NCBI GenBank assembly: GCA_964586355.1
Contig: CAZPGO010000038.1
Coordinates: 1-27,357 of the forward strand
Reading direction: 5' to 3'
Origin: an uncultured archaeon
GTDB taxonomy: Archaea > Iainarchaeota > Iainarchaeia > Iainarchaeales > CSSED10-239
DNA length: 27,357 nt
Part shown: in pieces, positions 24,106 through 27,357 of the stretch
Layout: every line of letters begins with the position of its first letter
How positions within the stretch are numbered: the stretch's first letter is position 1
Notes under the pieces: model-generated
The model's database searches: none
What the model saw: only the letters and a program-made list of their open reading frames with translations
What the model was told of the DNA's origin: nothing
Program-made: the position numbers and the translations under genes

Positions 24106-25197
24106 CTAATACTTCCCTTTTGTTGAATTATAAAATCCTAATATCTCTTCTGCAGTTAATTCTCTATTATAAACATAAACATCATTAATTAAACCTTTAA
24201 ATGTATATGATGCTGATTCTGTCCATCCAGAAACAAACATTTTTTGTGTAACTGATTTGCTTCTCATTGAATTTCCATAGCATATAGATAAATTTTGGTT
24301 TATTCCATTAAAATATAATTTAACCCCATCTGATGGTAAACCATTATAAAAAACAGCAGAGACAAATGTCCATTTATTAAGTAAAGCATCAGAAGGTGCT
24401 CCATATACTTCTCCAGATCCTGTATTAAATCCAAAACAATTTGTCCCATAAAATATAATATCATATCCACTTATCCAACCAATAGGCATGTCACTATTAA
24501 CTCCAGCCCAATTTGCCCAAAATAAAACTGTGTTTTTTGCTTCTGGGTTTAAATCTACAGAAAGATTATTTATTACAACTTGATCAGTAGCTTCGTTAAA
24601 ACTAAGAGCAGAATCATATTTTAAATCAATAAAAGTAGCTCCATTTAATGCCCCGTGGTTCTTATATTTAGAAAAATCCTTTGTATCTCCATCAAATGGC
24701 CAATAACCAACAAGCCCTTCTTGACCTAAGCAATAATTATTAGAATTATATAAATTATATGTAATTGGTAGATCTATAAATGTGTTTTTGTTTGTAATAA
24801 ATTGAATAGTAAAAAAGCGAGATGGAATACATACAATAGCTGTTGATACTATAGCCCCTTTCTCTAAATAAATAGGATTTTCAAAATAAAAGTTTTTTTC
24901 TAAAAAAACATAATTAGAGTCTTTGCTTAATAATCTATATCCAATAAGATTAAGATCTGAATAATTGTTTGTGTTTTTAAAAATAATAGTGTTATTTTCT
25001 AAAGATTGATTAATAGAACTTAGTGCTAGAGAACCTTTTAAGGTGCTATCTTCTTTTAGAAAGTTATTTTTTGCTTGATCTAAATTTTCTTTTGCAAAGT
25101 CAGATCCCCAGGTTAAGACAACAGTGATCAATATAACAGAGATCACTATTAGTAAGATCGTTGCGATCAATGGGGATATTGATTTTTTTTTTAACAT
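24106..25197 (-). CDS. Archaeal type IV pilin-like protein fused to a LamG-like lectin domain; paralog 2 (363 aa)
   Basis: N-terminus MLKKKSISPLIATILLIVISVILITVVLTWG. LamG signature LVGYWPFDGDTKDFSKYKNHGALNGATFIDLKYDSALSFN ... WTFVSAVF ... LYFNGINQ ... INDVYVYNRELTAEEI. Its stop lies 3 nt from the start of paralog 1. Confidence 0.85.
   Translation of the reverse strand: MLKKKSISPLIATILLIVISVILITVVLTWGSDFAKENLDQAKNNFLKEDSTLKGSLALSSINQSLENNTIIFKNTNNYSDLNLIGYRLLSKDSNYVFLEKNFYFENPIYLEKGAIVSTAIVCIPSRFFTIQFITNKNTFIDLPITYNLYNSNNYCLGQEGLVGYWPFDGDTKDFSKYKNHGALNGATFIDLKYDSALSFNEATDQVVINNLSVDLNPEAKNTVLFWANWAGVNSDMPIGWISGYDIIFYGTNCFGFNTGSGEVYGAPSDALLNKWTFVSAVFYNGLPSDGVKLYFNGINQNLSICYGNSMRSKSVTQKMFVSGWTESASYTFKGLINDVYVYNRELTAEEILGFYNSTKGKY
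25089..25170 (-). repeat. Conserved 5' module of pilin-LamG paralog 2, near-identical to 26182-26263
   Basis: Hand alignment gives 81 of 82 nt identical to 26182-26263; the mismatch is at 25153 versus 26246. It encodes the hydrophobic pilin helix plus WGSDFAK. Confidence 0.9.
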
Positions 25198-25211
25198 GTT
25201 TATCTAGTTTA

Positions 25212-26288
25212 TTAACTATTATAGAAATCATATAATTTTAAAACTTCTTTAGAAGTTAAAGCCCTATCATAAATTTTAAAATCATCTATAACTGCTGTTG
25301 CTGAAAATGTACTACTAGGATATATGCCCCCAATTGTTATTCCGTTTGTTGTTGTTACAGAATGTATAGAGCCTCTACTTCTAAGTAGGTTTTTTTTATT
25401 TCCATTTAAATATATTTCAAAAGAATCTATTGAAAAATTTGCTGTTTTTTTAACCCAGGTTACATAGATCCATTCATCTATAGGATATTCTTCTTGAATA
25501 TAAAAAGTAGCTCTAGCCCAGAAATCAACTCCAATATATTCTTCAACACTATTATATCCAGACATAGTTTCATAACCCCCACTACCTATGCCCCAAACAC
25601 CCTTCTGATTTATAAGATCTGTTTTTTTCACCCATGTTGATATAGTAAAATAAGGGTCTGCAGATAAATAAAAAGAACTATTTCTAGCATAACTAGAATT
25701 AGTAAAACTTAATGCTTGATCTAAAACACCATCAACATATTGAGGGTTTCCTACTACTGATAAATCGTGTTTTTTAAAATAATCTTTAGCATCTCCATCA
25801 AATTTCCAATAACTTATTAACCCACAACTCAAAGGATTTATATCATTTATAAATCCCGCAAGAACGTGTGTTCTTACATATGTGTTTTGATCTGTTAACA
25901 AATCTATGAAAAAAGATTCTTCTGGGTAACAATCTATTTGTAAGACTTCTGCTTGCTTAGATCCGATTATTAATGGCTCTTCTAAATAATAGAGCTTATT
26001 TTCAAAATAATCATAAAGATAATGATCAAGAGAAGAAATTATTTTATAACCAACAACATTTAGATCTCTTGAAGAATGGTTGTTAGATATTAAAATATTT
26101 TTAGAAGAAAGAGATCTGGTTGTGATTAGTCCTGTAAAATCTGTGTTTTGTATTGCTGAGTTTTGAGCGATTGATAATTTGTCTTTTGCAAAGTCAGATC
26201 CCCAGGTTAAGACAACAGTGATCAATATAACAGAGATCACTATTAATAAGATCGTTGCGATCACTAGGGAAACAGATTTTTTTAACAT
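25212..26288 (-). CDS. Archaeal type IV pilin-like protein fused to a LamG-like lectin domain; paralog 3 (358 aa), first gene of the operon
   Basis: N-terminus MLKKSVSLVIATILLIVISVILITVVLTWG. LamG signature LISYWKFDGDAKDYFKKHDLSVVGNPQYVDGVLDQALSFTN ... WIYVTWV ... IYLNGNKK ... IDDFKIYDRALTSKEV. 14 nt upstream of paralog 2. Confidence 0.85.
   Translation of the reverse strand: MLKKSVSLVIATILLIVISVILITVVLTWGSDFAKDKLSIAQNSAIQNTDFTGLITTRSLSSKNILISNNHSSRDLNVVGYKIISSLDHYLYDYFENKLYYLEEPLIIGSKQAEVLQIDCYPEESFFIDLLTDQNTYVRTHVLAGFINDINPLSCGLISYWKFDGDAKDYFKKHDLSVVGNPQYVDGVLDQALSFTNSSYARNSSFYLSADPYFTISTWVKKTDLINQKGVWGIGSGGYETMSGYNSVEEYIGVDFWARATFYIQEEYPIDEWIYVTWVKKTANFSIDSFEIYLNGNKKNLLRSRGSIHSVTTTNGITIGGIYPSSTFSATAVIDDFKIYDRALTSKEVLKLYDFYNS
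26120..26263 (-). repeat. Chimeric 5' module of pilin-LamG paralog 3
   Basis: 26182-26263 matches paralog 2 and 26120-26221 matches paralog 1. A 40-nt core, tcttttgcaaagtcagatccccaggttaagacaacagtga, is identical in all three genes (23993-24032, 25089-25128, 26182-26221). Confidence 0.9.
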
Positions 26289-26532
26289 TCTTTCAACTTT
26301 TTAATAATGCTTGTTATTTTTATAAAATATAAATATTATATATCAAAAACATAATAAATTAAACAAATAAAGATTTTTAAAGCTATAATTATAATAATTG
26401 GTTTCTGTTAAAAAATTATTCCTGAATTTTAAGAATTTAGATTTGTTTTTAATGCTTTTGCTTTAATATATTGGTAGAAAATATACTAATAATACCAATC
26501 AAAGGATTCTTCTTTACAAAAATAAAAAATAG

Positions 26533-27357
26533 GTGATTGATATTATTATAATTTGTTCAGGCTCTGAAACTATTGGTAAGAAAATTGCCAAAAAATTAAA
26601 TTTACCTTTTTCTAAACTAACCACACAAAGATTTCCAGATGGAGAATTAGATGTTTCTTTTGAAAAACAAATAAAAAATAAAAGCATCTATATTGTTCAA
26701 AATTTTCAAAACTCAAAAACATTAAATTTAAATGATAAAATACTTGAAACATTATTTGCAATCTATACAGCAAAAGACCTAAATGCAAAAAAAATATATT
26801 TAATTGCCCCTTATTTTCCATATTTTAGAGGAGATAAAAGATTTAAAAAAGAAGAATGTATCTCCATAGAAGTAATGAGCGAACTATTTAGTGTTTGTGA
26901 TAAAATTTTCTGTGTTGCCCCACATCTTCACAGAATAAAAAATATTAAACAAATTCTAAAAAAAGGAGAAAAAATAGAAGTAGATCTTCCAATTATTGAT
27001 TACTTAAAAAAACAAAAACTAAAAGACCCTGTTTTTGTTGGTCCAGATATGGAAAGTCATCAATGGGTTGTTAATGTTGCAAAAGCCTTTAACAAAAAGC
27101 CAGTAATTGCTCTAAAAGAAAGAAAAAGTGCAAGAAAAGTTGTTGTTTCTCTTCCAAGCAATATAGATCTAAAAGGTAAAGAACTAATAATTATTGACGA
27201 TATTATTAGTACAGGACACACAATGATAGAAAATATAAATCAATTAAAAAGATATAAGCCAAAAAAGATCTACCTTATAGGAATACACGGAATCTTTGTA
27301 GAAAATGCTTTAGAAAAACTACAAAAAGATTGTAAGGTAATATCAACTAACACACTT
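26533..27357 (+). CDS. prs: Ribose-phosphate pyrophosphokinase (PRPP synthetase), 5' partial; runs off the window end
   Basis: Not in the ORF track because it has no stop. The frame is open from GTG 26533, immediately after an in-frame TAG at 26530-26532, to nt 27357 (275 codons). Motifs: RFPDGELDV, IAPYFPYFRGDKR, and ELIIIDDIISTGHTM (PRPP-binding loop). No in-frame ATG precedes the conserved N-terminus, so a GTG or other non-ATG start is implied. Confidence 0.88.
   Translation, partial: MIDIIIICSGSETIGKKIAKKLNLPFSKLTTQRFPDGELDVSFEKQIKNKSIYIVQNFQNSKTLNLNDKILETLFAIYTAKDLNAKKIYLIAPYFPYFRGDKRFKKEECISIEVMSELFSVCDKIFCVAPHLHRIKNIKQILKKGEKIEVDLPIIDYLKKQKLKDPVFVGPDMESHQWVVNVAKAFNKKPVIALKERKSARKVVVSLPSNIDLKGKELIIIDDIISTGHTMIENINQLKRYKPKKIYLIGIHGIFVENALEKLQKDCKVISTNTL

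Noticed and set aside
22861-26288. Diversity-generating retroelement (template/variable repeat) explanation for the pilin-LamG repeats
   Set aside because: The near-identical blocks are at the 5' (signal-peptide) ends, not in the C-terminal ligand-binding region. The two mismatches are not an adenine-specific pattern, and there is no reverse transcriptase in the window.
26289-26532. Riboswitch or leader structure upstream of prs; the region includes a 7-bp inverted repeat, attggta 26470-26476 / taccaat 26493-26499
   Set aside because: The region is an AT-rich divergent promoter spacer with no recognisable conserved riboswitch core. One short inverted repeat in AT-rich DNA is not convincing.
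26612-26821. 69-aa minus-strand ORF
   Set aside because: It is antisense to prs. The plus frame carries RFPDGE and the PRPP-binding loop.
1-27357. CRISPR arrays, rRNA genes, transposases/IS elements, integrases
   Set aside because: I saw no regularly spaced direct repeats, no long GC-elevated structured stretch apart from the two tRNAs, and no ORF with DDE, tyrosine- or serine-recombinase-like motifs.

Overview
The window is very AT-rich (about 27-30% GC by eye) and about 90% coding. It reads as a chromosomal segment of a small-genome archaeon, probably DPANN-like; that placement is inference from gene content, since no search was possible. Archaeal-type genes: class I LysRS, archaeal GluRS, Trm5, three proteins with archaeal type IV pilin (class III) signal peptides, and two tRNAs with TTCAAAT T-loops. 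Bacterial-type genes sit among them: uvrB, coaD and a cold-shock protein. Many starts are preceded by GGAG/GGTG-like motifs 6-12 nt upstream. Gene order: (1) three consecutive secreted or anchored surface proteins, 2-4661; (2) nucleoside phosphorylase; (3) RelE-type toxin-antitoxin pair; (4) lysK and coaD; (5) AbiEi/AbiEii pair; (6) uvrB, a small basic protein, trm5, a polytopic membrane protein; (7) tRNA-Asn(GTT); (8) thioredoxin-like protein, gltX, MBL hydrolase; (9) HAD, GNAT, csp, DUF362/4Fe-4S protein, a methyltransferase-like protein, MarC; (10) tRNA-Val(GAC); (11) an operon of three paralogous pilin-LamG fusion proteins; (12) the 5' part of prs. I saw no rRNA, CRISPR array, transposase, integrase or reverse transcriptase. 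Most notable: (a) the pilin-LamG array, whose 5' ends are a near-identical recombinant mosaic while the lectin-like 3' parts have diverged; (b) strong over-representation of the palindrome AGATCT, strongest in non-coding DNA at gene ends next to T-tracts; (c) a surface-protein cluster with a triple 4-Cys stalk repeat; (d) two small toxin-antitoxin/abortive-infection modules wedged between housekeeping genes. All family calls rest on motifs recognised by eye and need HMM or BLAST confirmation.
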